IMG/VR virus record: IMGVR_UViG_3300032332_001510
Span: 13,646 to 77,645 of that record
Reading direction: 5' to 3' (one strand)
Origin: a virus
Lineage: Duplodnaviria > Caudoviricetes
Length of the DNA: 64,000 nt
The notes under the pieces are model-generated. The model saw only the letters and a program-made list of their open reading frames with translations, was not told where the DNA came from and searched no databases. Shown piece by piece: positions 17,955-27,684 of the stretch. Numbering within the stretch: position 1 is the stretch's first letter; every line of letters starts with the position of its first letter. Position numbers and translations under genes: made by a program.

Positions 17955-18266
17955 CTAGGTATGTTCTATGATTTTAATTGGTGTAGCACTAATAGCACTG
18001 CAACATATTTCACAGGGCTTGGCTAGGGTAGGATTGCCACTAGCGTCATATCTAGTAACAAATATTCTGTGTGCACGCGCAATGTCTGCGCAGCGGGTAA
18101 TGGCTGCAATTTCTGCGTGTAAGTAAATATGATGTTCTTTACCAACACGTTTAGCGTGCTTAGCTTGGACAGGATGTGATTTTACATAACTGTTTTGTCC
18201 AACGCTAAGCACGCGCCCACGTTTGTCGTATATAATTGCTGTTACTTGTTGTCGTTTGCTGCTCAT
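17955..18266 (-). CDS. CMP/dCMP-type zinc deaminase
   Basis: HAEIAAI and PCEIC motifs. Confidence 0.82.
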   Translation of the reverse strand: MSSKRQQVTAIIYDKRGRVLSVGQNSYVKSHPVQAKHAKRVGKEHHIYLHAEIAAITRCADIARAHRIFVTRYDASGNPTLAKPCEICCSAISATPIKIIEHT

Positions 18267-18277
18267 ATTCTTTTTAG

Positions 18278-18369
18278 TGGCAGAGAGTGTGGGATTCGAA
18301 CCCACGGTACACATCACTGCATACGACGGTTTAGCAAACCGCTGCCTTCGGCCACTCAGCCAACTCTCT
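18278..18369 (-). tRNA. tRNA-Ser(GCU)
   Basis: Long variable arm, CGGTTTGCTAAACCG anticodon arm, GCCA end. Confidence 0.92.
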
Positions 18370-19516
18370 ATTTCAATAAGTCTTGTAGTCTAACAATAAC
18401 CATTCTACTAGTTATTTTTTTACTGCACTCAAAATGTCTGGCAGTATCCTTGTGGTCAGGACACCACATCCAGTCTCCGCGATCAAATATGTGTCTGTTA
18501 TAACATCCAGTACAACTATTTTTAGGAGCTTTAATTCGTTTGCAATTACTTTGCATTTCAGTAATAGGATTACTAAATCCGCTAATTAAAATCATAGGCG
18601 TATTTGTTGCCCAAGCTAACCAGCTTAATCCACTACCAATTCCAATAAATGCTGCTGAATGTCTAAGTTCTTCTATAGCTATTTCAATATTACCATTAGA
18701 CTCTACTGGAATAGTGCCTTTGGGTATATAATTACCCATAAATCCATTTTGTTCTTTGCCTAATAGTTTAACCTCGTATCCTTCTTTATTTAACCAATCA
18801 ACAACTTCTTGCCAGCCTGTAGAGTTATTCCAAAACTTGGCTTGAGCAGTACTAAATATACTAATACAAACTTGTTTTTTAGGCTGCGGTCTGGGCCGTT
18901 CATCTATTAGAGGTCGTATTTCTTTAAAAGGCAGTCCTAGTATATCACTAGCAATTTGCTGATGCGGCACACCTAAAAAAGTATCTCTGTGATAGTCTGG
19001 ATTAAATCCGACACTAGTTTTATTATAGTAAACACCTATTTTATATTTAGCAAATATAGCGGAAGTTTCTTGTACTGCTCCTGAATCGGTGATATGTAAA
19101 TTAGGATAATACTCTTTTTTAAAGAAATTCTCGCTATAAACTGCGCCGTAACTTCCAGCATATACTATACAATTGTGCTTTTTTCTAAACTCTTCCATAT
19201 AAGGAAACCAGCCTAAATTATCGCCCAATGATCCGCTATCTATTTCAATTACTACATTTTTATTTTCAAGGTTAAGTTTATACTCCCAGAATAATACGCC
19301 GGTTTTATGTACAGTAATATGCCAATTTACAAAATATTGTACACTACATTTACACCAACTATTGCCATCAATAGTTGTTGTGTAATAAGTTTCGCCAGTA
19401 TCAGCATCATCAAAATTAATAGTATATTCAGCATTTGTTAAACTTTCTAATTTAACAAATGCGCCGCTAATAAAATTATAGCTAATTAATACGTCTTCTA
19501 CAGTTTCATATTGCAT
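18368..19516 (-). CDS. TibC/Aah-like autotransporter O-heptosyltransferase family glycosyltransferase (GT9-like)
   Basis: N-terminal beta domain, SLGD..W.PY..EFRKKH, STAQAKFWNN..GW, GSGLSWLAWA, ISGFS, and Fe-binding CTGC...CP...FEC. Confidence 0.8.
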   Translation of the reverse strand: MQYETVEDVLISYNFISGAFVKLESLTNAEYTINFDDADTGETYYTTTIDGNSWCKCSVQYFVNWHITVHKTGVLFWEYKLNLENKNVVIEIDSGSLGDNLGWFPYMEEFRKKHNCIVYAGSYGAVYSENFFKKEYYPNLHITDSGAVQETSAIFAKYKIGVYYNKTSVGFNPDYHRDTFLGVPHQQIASDILGLPFKEIRPLIDERPRPQPKKQVCISIFSTAQAKFWNNSTGWQEVVDWLNKEGYEVKLLGKEQNGFMGNYIPKGTIPVESNGNIEIAIEELRHSAAFIGIGSGLSWLAWATNTPMILISGFSNPITEMQSNCKRIKAPKNSCTGCYNRHIFDRGDWMWCPDHKDTARHFECSKKITSRMVIVRLQDLLK

Positions 19517-19519
19517 TTT

Positions 19520-19843
19520 TTACCAATAATATATATGAGGCTTGTGTCCTACTCCAGGCGGATCACAATTTTCTAAGTCTGTTTGTTTAAGCACTTCATG
19601 TTCCCAGACACGACCAGCTCTGCGCTGTGGACGATTCATTACTAATCTTGTCCACCAACTAGGACTGTTGCTTATCCAATGCCAATCCATGTCTACATCT
19701 TTGCGCTTTTTAGTTTTTACACCGGGAAGTTTAATATAACGAATACTATAGCTATTATCACCAGTAATTTTTAATGAGTCAAAGTCCCAGCTTGTTTCAG
19801 GAAATTTAAGTTTCCAATGCCTATCTTTTAATGTTCTACTCAT
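19520..19843 (-). CDS. hypothetical protein
   Basis: ORF, PSWW.R..MNRPQRR motif. Confidence 0.6.
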   Translation of the reverse strand: MSRTLKDRHWKLKFPETSWDFDSLKITGDNSYSIRYIKLPGVKTKKRKDVDMDWHWISNSPSWWTRLVMNRPQRRAGRVWEHEVLKQTDLENCDPPGVGHKPHIYYW

Positions 19844-19858
19844 TTAAATACGTTCCTA

Positions 19859-20539
19859 TTATTGTTTTGTTAACCACCAACAATGACTAAGATTTTTCAT
19901 TTGTGTTGCATAGTCTGCTTCTTTGGGAGGTTCTGTATCAGATTCACCCCAACGATCGCCGTAAAAATCTTTTACTATATTAGTAAAAGGCAAATAATTT
20001 TCTGCTAATTTATTGTGATAGTTTCCTAAATAAGGAATTTTTTTATTATTCCACTTAAAAAATTCTTTAAGACTATCTCCTGCAATAACTTGAATGCAAG
20101 GTTCTGGAAAGTTATACTTAGGACACCAAAAAGTAGTCCAGCCTTCAGTTAAACTATTTATGTATTTACTCATACGATCACTAATAACAAAACTGTCTGC
20201 TTCAATATGAACAATTTTATTGAATCCATATGTTTCAGCATAAGTTGCTGAATACATAAAACTTCTAAACCATCCAGGATAACAACTTATACTTTGACGC
20301 CCTAAACGTTTATCAAACGTATAAATTGTTGGTTTATTACTACAAATTGTAGGTAGTGGCCCTTGTTTTACTATAGCCACATCTTTCCAATCCGGAATAA
20401 CTGGACTAGCATCATCAATAATTAATAGGTGCTCATAGTAAACTTTGCCAGTTTTAATACTATATACCCATATGCCGTATTTTTTATTCCAAGTTTCTAA
20501 GTCTGGAGAATATCCAGTACAAAACAGTAATGTATTCAT
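19859..20539 (-). CDS. putative GT-A glycosyltransferase-like protein
   Basis: LIIDDASP and HIEADSF (DxD-like) motifs. Confidence 0.5.
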   Translation of the reverse strand: MNTLLFCTGYSPDLETWNKKYGIWVYSIKTGKVYYEHLLIIDDASPVIPDWKDVAIVKQGPLPTICSNKPTIYTFDKRLGRQSISCYPGWFRSFMYSATYAETYGFNKIVHIEADSFVISDRMSKYINSLTEGWTTFWCPKYNFPEPCIQVIAGDSLKEFFKWNNKKIPYLGNYHNKLAENYLPFTNIVKDFYGDRWGESDTEPPKEADYATQMKNLSHCWWLTKQ

Positions 20540-20550
20540 GTTTATAGTTT

Positions 20551-21150
20551 TTATTTATACCAAAATCCAAGTCTAGCACCACAAGCATTTTCTATAAAAC
20601 TAGTGCCTGCGGGTTGATTAATTTGTTGATCTTTCCATACGGGCCAGATTACACTACTATTGTGTCCACTAAAATCATCATTGTATCTTAGGTGTACTTC
20701 AATAATCTTACCATCAATTAACTCAATGTTTAGCCACCGGCTAGCGTTGGCTACTTGTTGTAAACATTCTGGTAATTGATATGGGTACTCAATTTTTTCC
20801 CAATTATAAAATCTATTTAATGAACCAGTAAATTTTATACCCTCTGCAGCTAAACCCTGCTGACCATAGTTATAATCAATAGTAATATGTCTGCCACTAA
20901 ACCACTCACACCAAAAGTATCCATCAGGAATATTATCCTTGTCGGGCACTAACCAAGACTTATATGCGCCTAATCCCATCATACGACAATTAGTAATTGG
21001 TCGTACTACGTACCAATCTGCTTTAGGCACACAAACGCCTGCAGGACCTGCACTGTATCCCAGCTTTTTTGCTAAGATGAGTTTATCGTATATCCACAGG
21101 TGATCTACTGGGCAATTAACCCAAACATCACTATCGTTGATTAGTTCCAT
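20551..21150 (-). CDS. conserved phage protein, possible ATP-grasp fold
   Basis: WIYDKLIL..KLGY..GPAG, VRP..N..MG.G, FWCEWF.G.H...DY, IEVHLR.N. Confidence 0.5.
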   Translation of the reverse strand: MELINDSDVWVNCPVDHLWIYDKLILAKKLGYSAGPAGVCVPKADWYVVRPITNCRMMGLGAYKSWLVPDKDNIPDGYFWCEWFSGRHITIDYNYGQQGLAAEGIKFTGSLNRFYNWEKIEYPYQLPECLQQVANASRWLNIELIDGKIIEVHLRYNDDFSGHNSSVIWPVWKDQQINQPAGTSFIENACGARLGFWYK

Positions 21151-21268
21151 AAAAATACTTTGTTAGTGGCAGTCTAAGGGTTTAACTGCCGTGTCTGGAT
21201 GTGCCGCGAACTAATTGTTCGACCAGATTTTCCCTTGATCAAGGGGCATTGTTTTAATTATAGCAAAA

Positions 21269-22273
21269 TTAACCAGCAAAGTCAAGTGCAAATTTATGGC
21301 TGGCTAGATTTTTCTCCTTGCTCTCGCACATAATGTCAAAATCTGGTAGAAAGCTGCTGGCCCAAGCGTTAACAGCTTGATTCCAATAATAGTCGCTATG
21401 AGCCCGTAACTTGGCACTGGTAAATCCTTGTTGCTTTAGTTGAGTTAGGCAAGGCATGGTATTGGGGTCATGATCTACCAGCACATCTTCACGGCTAACG
21501 CTGTAGTGTATAGTAGGTCTAACACCACGCCAGCTTTCCAAGACTTGTTGTACCTTAGGGTCGCTAGGCTCAATGTACTTACCGGTATTAATCCAGTGAT
21601 GATGTATGTCAAGCACTAATGCACAGTCTTTGACTAGTTCAAGACTAGCGTCAAGACCCCAAGTATACTCAGCGTTTTCGATGGTCAGGGTATTGCGGGC
21701 TTCGCGACTGAGTTTAGGCAATACAGCTTTGATACCTGCTGGGCCTAGTTTGCCGCCGATATGCACATTGCATTTAAAGTCTTGAAACTGCTTGCCGTAA
21801 CCCATGTAGCGGATTATGTCACAGTGATACTCGAATTCTTGAATTGAATTTTCCACCACATTAGGATTTTCACTAGCCAACACACAAAATTGGCCTGGAT
21901 GAAAACTAATCTTAATATCGTGTTCGCGAGCAAGATCACCTACACTGGCAAAACCACGGCTAAGCAAGTTAACCATGTCTTGATCAAAGTAGGCCCAGGT
22001 CCAGTCTTCGTGAGTATACGCTGGCAGCAGGTCGCTGCTCATTCTGAACATATGCAGGTGTTTAGGCTGCTTGGCAAGCCACAGCAGTTGACGCTTTAGT
22101 GCTTCGATATTGTGTTTGGCAATATCATGCAGTCGCTCAAGGGCAACGTGCTTGGTCTGCCGGTTAAGCCAAGTAAGTGTAGTAGTTTTGGTGTTTAGGT
22201 TAGGGTCGGCCTTGCCCTGAGATTCTTGAATCTTACAGGCAAAACCAACGCGCTTTACATTTTGATCAAACAT
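21269..22273 (-). CDS. uvsE: UV damage endonuclease
   Basis: GFACK, FRMSSDLLP, SFHPGQFCVLAS, LTIEN, LDIHHH. Confidence 0.92.
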   Translation of the reverse strand: MFDQNVKRVGFACKIQESQGKADPNLNTKTTTLTWLNRQTKHVALERLHDIAKHNIEALKRQLLWLAKQPKHLHMFRMSSDLLPAYTHEDWTWAYFDQDMVNLLSRGFASVGDLAREHDIKISFHPGQFCVLASENPNVVENSIQEFEYHCDIIRYMGYGKQFQDFKCNVHIGGKLGPAGIKAVLPKLSREARNTLTIENAEYTWGLDASLELVKDCALVLDIHHHWINTGKYIEPSDPKVQQVLESWRGVRPTIHYSVSREDVLVDHDPNTMPCLTQLKQQGFTSAKLRAHSDYYWNQAVNAWASSFLPDFDIMCESKEKNLASHKFALDFAG

Positions 22274-22458
22274 TTTTTAGTTTTGTATTGGCGGATTGCG
22301 TCGGCGTCTAGGCTGGCATAGGCACGAAACCTGTCTTTGCCGTGGGTATCATAGCATTCAGCAGCTATTTTGTACAGGGACTCTACTGCTTCCAAGCCTA
22401 GTGATTCATAGCGGCTTATATAAGCATTGAGCAAAAAATCGCGGGTATAACCTGCCAT
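22255..22458 (-). CDS. hypothetical protein
   Basis: ORF after sigma70 promoter near 22480-22510. Confidence 0.6.
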   Translation of the reverse strand: MAGYTRDFLLNAYISRYESLGLEAVESLYKIAAECYDTHGKDRFRAYASLDADAIRQYKTKKCLIKM

Positions 22459-22518
22459 AAAATCCTCCAAATGAAGTAATATTATAGCAAATTATACCCG
22501 CTGTGTCAAGACTAAGTT

Positions 22519-22935
22519 TTAGTTAATCTTGATTTGCTTTGGTTTTTTGTTTTCTGGAATTACGTGTAGGATTAGTATTTTAAGAATGCCATCTTCTAGG
22601 TTGGCATCTTTTATCACTAAATCGCTGTGCAGTGTAAACTGTCTGTGAAATCCACGAGCACTCAGTCCGTGATAAATATATTGTGTCGTATCCACTTTCT
22701 GATCGCGCTTAACGCCACGAATACTAAGTACACCATTTTCTAATTCAATACCAATTTCTTCACGTTTAAAACCAGCTACAGCCATTTCAATAATATAATC
22801 ATTTTCGCCAAATTTGATTACATTGTATGGCGGATAATTAGTGTTAAGCTGATTGGCATGACGCCGCTCAAACTCGTAAAAAAAGTCGTCAAAACCAAGC
22901 AGGCCACGATTTAATAGTTTAAGATCAAAAGTCAT
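22519..22935 (-). CDS. small heat shock protein (Hsp20/IbpA-like)
   Basis: NYPPYNV, MAVAGF, RGF.R.FTL, ANLEDGILKI. Confidence 0.92.
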   Translation of the reverse strand: MTFDLKLLNRGLLGFDDFFYEFERRHANQLNTNYPPYNVIKFGENDYIIEMAVAGFKREEIGIELENGVLSIRGVKRDQKVDTTQYIYHGLSARGFHRQFTLHSDLVIKDANLEDGILKILILHVIPENKKPKQIKIN

Positions 22936-23017
22936 TGAAATCTCCTAAAAGCAAGATTGTGTTGTGGGCAACTAGCCCGAGTTGTGCGGCCCCTAGATAG
23001 GCAACCGCAAAAATCTT

Positions 23018-23248
23018 TTACATACCCTCAATGTCTCTGCAATATTTACAGATTGGGTTATTATCTAAGTCTGGAACTAATTTATATTCCCAGCGGCCGC
23101 AATGCGTACACTGTGGAATTCCAGGGCCGCCATGCTTAGTTAACTCCTGAAAACTAATTCCAAGATCTTCACAAGTAGCGGCTAAGTCTTTTCGTGTGCC
23201 CAATAGCTCACGAACAAGTTTATTTGTCAGTTGGTTTGAAACGATCAT
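23018..23248 (-). CDS. small Zn-finger protein
   Basis: CTHC...CKYC. Confidence 0.55.
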   Translation of the reverse strand: MIVSNQLTNKLVRELLGTRKDLAATCEDLGISFQELTKHGGPGIPQCTHCGRWEYKLVPDLDNNPICKYCRDIEGM

Positions 23249-23684
23249 CTAAGTGTTGGTGAGTTTTCTCAAATTCCAGTAGGAACATAATACAGCAAGC
23301 TGCGTGGGCTAAATGTGATAAGCCAGACTCAGGGTCTTTATCTTCACCATCATTAAATGCCATCAAGTGTCGCATTGCTGCGCTTAGGGGACGCGACCAT
23401 TGAAAGCCTTTACGCCAGTTATGTGCTGCGTATTTTTCCTTGCCAAATGCCATTACCATAGCTGTTTGCTCTAAGGCCTCACGGCTAAGTAAGTTCATAG
23501 GGGCTTTGCCACTGTCGTGTTTTACTGCACTAAGTTTAATATCAGCGTCCATGTTTAAATATGTATTAATTAATTTTTCTCGTTCAGCCAAGGGCATTTC
23601 TGGTATTTTAGTTGGAATATAAGTACCAGCAAACTCTTTAAGGGCTTGTATATTTTGAACGTCTAGTGTAAAAGTATTTTTCAT
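23220..23684 (-). CDS. dATP/dGTP diphosphohydrolase domain protein (DUF5664)
   Basis: KHDSGKAP..LL, FG..KYA.HNWRKG, RHL, D.ESGLSHLAHA. Confidence 0.82.
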   Translation of the reverse strand: MKNTFTLDVQNIQALKEFAGTYIPTKIPEMPLAEREKLINTYLNMDADIKLSAVKHDSGKAPMNLLSREALEQTAMVMAFGKEKYAAHNWRKGFQWSRPLSAAMRHLMAFNDGEDKDPESGLSHLAHAACCIMFLLEFEKTHQHLDDRFKPTDK

Positions 23685-23940
23685 ATTAGTTAATTAAAGT
23701 GCTATTTTTATATTATACACAAATTTGCATATTTCTTCAAGGTTAAATTTCTTTTGGTTTTAGCAAAGCAGGTATCTGCTGTTTTTTACGAATATTTTCT
23801 AGTAGAGTTTGTGGTAGTTCTACAGAGGCTATGCCATGTTCGCGATTATACCGCTCGTATACCGGCAGTAGGTCTCGGGCAATTAGCCGCTCTAGTTGTT
23901 GAACATAGTTGTCGCTCATAGAATCCTCCAGAATTTAACA

Positions 23941-24035
23941 ATTATAGCACAGGTGCTCTTCACATACAATATAAAAATTTTTTTATCCTGGTCTAACAAA
24001 ACTAACTTGATTTTGCTACCCCACTGTGCTATAAT
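23941..24035. promoter_or_regulatory. divergent sigma70 promoter pair at the strand switch
   Basis: minus: TTGTAT-17-TATAAT (23969-23941); plus: TTGATT-17-TATAAT (24007-24035). Confidence 0.75.
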
Positions 24036-24074
24036 AAATAATGTCAAATTTGGCAAAAAATTTAGGGTATAACA

Positions 24075-24509
24075 ATGATAAAATTCCTAATATTTGGCCT
24101 GTTAGCGCTTCCACAATTACTAGATTCAGCACCTATTCCTAAAGACTGGGTATACAACAACGAGACGGTTTGTTTGGCTAAAAACATATATCATGAAGCT
24201 CGTGGAGAATCACTGCGTGGAAAATTAGCAGTGGCTAAAGTTACACTAAATCGCGTAAACAGCGGTAAATTCAAAAACACAGTTTGTGGCGTAGTATATC
24301 AGCGCGGGCAGTTTAGTTGGACTAATAGCAAGTATAAACCTATCTTAGATAAACACGCTTGGACAGAAAGCTTACATTTGGCTAAACTGCTAATGCTAAA
24401 TCCTGAATTAAGCAAAACCCCTGCTATGTACTACCATAACCTTAGGGTCAAACCTAAGTGGCAACTAGAACGCACAGATAAAATTGGCAATCACGTATTT
24501 TACACCTAA
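24075..24509 (+). CDS. cell wall hydrolase (SleB/Hydrolase_2 family)
   Basis: CLAKNIYHEARGE, AVA.VTLNRV, CGVVYQ..QFSW, IGNHVFY. Confidence 0.9.
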   Translation: MIKFLIFGLLALPQLLDSAPIPKDWVYNNETVCLAKNIYHEARGESLRGKLAVAKVTLNRVNSGKFKNTVCGVVYQRGQFSWTNSKYKPILDKHAWTESLHLAKLLMLNPELSKTPAMYYHNLRVKPKWQLERTDKIGNHVFYT

Positions 24510-24521
24510 CCTGGAACAAAG

Positions 24522-25202
24522 ATGCAACAAGTTAAACTAATGTGGATGACACCTGATATTGACGAGCAAATTGCCTACATTGCCCGTGTAAGCAATCCTA
24601 AAAATCAGGATAATAAAAATATTACTGGATTGTTGCAGTATATGATCAAACACGGACACGTTTCACCGTTTGAAATGGCTAATGTGTGCTTAGAGATCTC
24701 CACCACTCGTGATATTGCACGTCAAATTTTACGGCATCGCAGCTTCTCTTTCCAAGAGTTTTCACAGCGGTATGCAGACGTGAATAGCCTGGGCGAGTTG
24801 CAGCGGCGTGAGTGTAGGCTGCAGGACACCAAGAATCGTCAAAACTCCCTAGAGCCTGATTTAGCCGTAGACAAGCAGCGACAACTTGCCTATCAGTGGG
24901 AAGTGCTACAAGACGCACTAATTAAGAAAACTACTGAAGTGTATGCTTGGGCACTGGAGCAGGGCATAGCTAAGGAGCAGGCCCGGGCTATTCTGCCTGA
25001 GGGTCTGACGCCCAGCAAAATGTACATGAACGGTACGTTACGCAGTTGGATCTTTTACTTGCAACAACGTCTGGACGTGTCAACACAAAAAGAACATCGT
25101 GAACTTGCTGAAATGATTTTGACTAAATTACGTTTTGCTGCGCCTATCACTATTGGGGCTTTCTTTCCACAGTCTGTGACTGAAGAAGAATTTTCTATTT
25201 AA
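24522..25202 (+). CDS. thyX: FAD-dependent thymidylate synthase
   Basis: HVSPFE, RHRSFSFQEFSQRYA, R......QKEHR. Confidence 0.95.
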   Translation: MQQVKLMWMTPDIDEQIAYIARVSNPKNQDNKNITGLLQYMIKHGHVSPFEMANVCLEISTTRDIARQILRHRSFSFQEFSQRYADVNSLGELQRRECRLQDTKNRQNSLEPDLAVDKQRQLAYQWEVLQDALIKKTTEVYAWALEQGIAKEQARAILPEGLTPSKMYMNGTLRSWIFYLQQRLDVSTQKEHRELAEMILTKLRFAAPITIGAFFPQSVTEEEFSI

Positions 25203-25257
25203 TCTTGACTTTTATAGCTGGCCATGCTATAATATTATTATTCGCTGGGAGTTTACC

Positions 25258-25602
25258 GTGAATGTTATCATATACACAACAGATTTTGAACCAATCACGG
25301 TTGTTGATCTTCCAAAATCTGTTTTAGATAAAATAGAACGACAAGGAGGAGCTAAACTAGCATTAGGCCCACCAGAAGATGACGAAGGTAAGCCCGCTAA
25401 TCCACCTATATGTACTATAGTAATGTGTAAATTACGCTGGTTTAATGGTGAAGAAAAGGTAGTCTTAGTCACTAAAGACGAAGAGTCTGCACTATTATTA
25501 AAACCTGAATGGCTACCGGGCCAACGTGGAGTATATAACCTTCTATACAATCATATTAAAAAGCTTACTAAACAACTAATAAACCGAGATGATAATGCGT
25601 AA
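25258..25602 (+). CDS. hypothetical protein
   Basis: ORF (GTG start) after TTGACT-17-TATAAT promoter at about 25205-25233. Confidence 0.65.
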   Translation: MNVIIYTTDFEPITVVDLPKSVLDKIERQGGAKLALGPPEDDEGKPANPPICTIVMCKLRWFNGEEKVVLVTKDEESALLLKPEWLPGQRGVYNLLYNHIKKLTKQLINRDDNA

Positions 25603-25780
25603 ACGTCAAATACTACAACAAATGATGTCTGGTTTATCACAAAGATCTAGTCGTAATAAGTCTTGGCATATGATGCAGCAACAAGCTGAGCCACCACAAG
25701 AGTATCTTGAAGACGATGGCCCACTAACTGATAGCCAGATCAAACAACTTAAAGATAACGTGAGAACTAAATATGCATAA
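25595..25780 (+). CDS. hypothetical protein
   Basis: operonic overlap. Confidence 0.5.
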   Translation: MRKRQILQQMMSGLSQRSSRNKSWHMMQQQAEPPQEYLEDDGPLTDSQIKQLKDNVRTKYA

Positions 25781-25979
25781 TTGTCGTCGTTGTGATGAGC
25801 CAGTAGATCCACGTCGCTGGGCACTTAAACATACTAAAAAGTTGTGTATGCCTTGTGGCGAGGCGGCCAGTAAGCAGGTTACTCGTACCATAGTTCCACT
25901 ACACAAAAGCAATTATTTTCCAGTATTCAACCTAAATGATCTTAAGGGTATTAATAACAAAGGCGGCCTAGTTCGATGA
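25773..25979 (+). CDS. DksA/TraR-like C4 zinc-finger protein
   Basis: CRRCDEPVDPRRW...LCMPC. Confidence 0.55.
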   Translation: MHNCRRCDEPVDPRRWALKHTKKLCMPCGEAASKQVTRTIVPLHKSNYFPVFNLNDLKGINNKGGLVR

Positions 25980-26245
25980 TTGATCAAGTATTACAACAAC
26001 TGTTACCACAACAAAAACCACAGATTCCACAAATGCCTAAGCCTATGCAGGAAGCGGCATATAGCGCGCATATGCAGCTAAACAATCCACAACTTCAAAG
26101 GTTTTCAGAAGAACAAAAGATTGAGCTAATGCTAATGATATTTGGCGAAAATATTGTGCGTCAGTGCGCACTGCAAGCTAAGCTGGCACTACTAGATGAG
26201 GAAAAGGTTGATCAAGCAATTCTTAAACACTATGGACTACACTAA
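25976..26245 (+). CDS. hypothetical protein
   Basis: operonic overlap. Confidence 0.6.
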   Translation: MIDQVLQQLLPQQKPQIPQMPKPMQEAAYSAHMQLNNPQLQRFSEEQKIELMLMIFGENIVRQCALQAKLALLDEEKVDQAILKHYGLH

Positions 26246-26306
26246 GCACTGTCCGCCCTGTAATCAGAACTGTAATCAGGGTAGAAATTGTCCAGCTAGA
26301 AAATAA
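26232..26306 (+). CDS. 24-aa Cys-rich peptide (absent from ORF track)
   Basis: MDYTKHCPPCNQNCNQGRNCPARK. Confidence 0.5.
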   Translation: MDYTKHCPPCNQNCNQGRNCPARK

Positions 26307-26318
26307 TTGGAGGGGTGC

Positions 26319-26507
26319 ATGAAACCCAACACATTAAAACTACTAGAGCGTTGCATTGAAGACGGTGTACAAACCGGCGTTTATCGCAGCTTTAAATACA
26401 CAGATGAACCTAGTAGGGATCAAATTGTTGAGCAAGTATTACATAATGTAATGAATGAACTGCACGAGTGGTTTGAGTTTGAACCGCTAGAAGATAAGTA
26501 TCAGTAA
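26319..26507 (+). CDS. hypothetical protein
   Basis: GGAGG RBS before MKPNT. Confidence 0.65.
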   Translation: MKPNTLKLLERCIEDGVQTGVYRSFKYTDEPSRDQIVEQVLHNVMNELHEWFEFEPLEDKYQ

Positions 26508-26598
26508 CACCACAGGGGCATTCAGCGGCAATATTTTGCAGTTGAATGCCCTTTGTGTTTGTGCTATAATATTATATAATTTGAAAAGGAATACAGCA

Positions 26599-26787
26599 AT
26601 GTCAAAGGTATGGGTCGATCCGCCGGGCGGCTGGCGGTATGGGTTTCCGCAGATTTGGGACGACAGTAAAAATCCTGACGTATACAACTGGTTGTACTGG
26701 GCAGGCTATCCTGACGAAGTTCGTGAAAGTTATGGCAAACACTTTTATATGCGTATGTGGGAAGTAGTGGAGGATAGCAATGCCTGA
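26599..26787 (+). CDS. conserved small phage protein
   Basis: VDPPGGWRYGFP motif; AAGGA RBS. Confidence 0.6.
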   Translation: MSKVWVDPPGGWRYGFPQIWDDSKNPDVYNWLYWAGYPDEVRESYGKHFYMRMWEVVEDSNA

Positions 26788-27073
26788 TAATTTACAAGCA
26801 TTTTATGCCTGGTTTTATGAGCTGGAAGGCTTTGGTTTTCGTGCTGAGCGACTGCTGGACGATTTGGGCAACAACGAAGAGCTGTACGATAAAATGCTGC
26901 CGTGGCTTAAAGCTGCATACGAAATTGGCAAACAAGAGGGGCTAGACAAATGAACAAACAAGCACTAGAAGCAGTTATGGAATTGTATCAAGTAGACCGA
27001 GTAACTGCACTGCAGCTTTACTGGGATGAAATTGAGCATATGACGTGGCTGTTAAATAAAAGCAAGGAGTCTG

Positions 27074-27349
27074 ATGATGCGGAAGTTTGATGACGTTACT
27101 GAACCTGAAAACTTTGATCCTGAGCAGATGCAACTAGAATTTGCGCCAGGCTGCTTTGATGATTTTGAGGGTACACAGGAGGAACTGAATGCCCTAGTTG
27201 AACATATCAAGGAAATGTTTGCTGCTGGCAAGTTTCTTAGTGAAGGCCGTGAGTTAACTGACGAGGACTTTGACACACTAAGCGAGTCTACTAAGCAAAA
27301 GATTATTGGTTTAAATGATCCCGATCAACCTAAACGGAACCTAAACTAA
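27074..27349 (+). CDS. acidic hypothetical protein
   Basis: AAGGAG RBS. Confidence 0.65.
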   Translation: MMRKFDDVTEPENFDPEQMQLEFAPGCFDDFEGTQEELNALVEHIKEMFAAGKFLSEGRELTDEDFDTLSESTKQKIIGLNDPDQPKRNLN

Positions 27350-27684
27350 TGCAAAAATATATCCTAAACGGCGAAGTAGCCATTATCCACAGCGATGATT
27401 GGGGTACAGCCTGGGCTACTTGGTATCCTGAAACTATGTTTGATCGTGAACTAATCAAACACTACTTGCGTTGGTTAGGGACTGATTGTGATACTAAACT
27501 AGAGCACGAGGCAGAGTACGCTGCCCGTTTATATCTTGAGCACGCACATCCAGACGTGGTTTTTCGCGGATTTGATGGGCTTAAACTAACCTGGATTAAA
27601 CAGGGCCAAGAATTTATTATCAAGGAGTATGATGGCATTGAAACCATTGTGCTCAAAGACAAAATTAAGTGGTTAGTAGCATGA
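27349..27684 (+). CDS. conserved phage hypothetical protein
   Basis: GEVAI..S..WG..W.TW...EYDG.E. Confidence 0.65.
   Translation: MQKYILNGEVAIIHSDDWGTAWATWYPETMFDRELIKHYLRWLGTDCDTKLEHEAEYAARLYLEHAHPDVVFRGFDGLKLTWIKQGQEFIIKEYDGIETIVLKDKIKWLVA

Noticed and set aside
23220-23684. Z-base (2-aminoadenine) genome system
   Set aside because: DUF5664 alone is widespread; no PurZ or DatZ-like partner is recognisable in the window.
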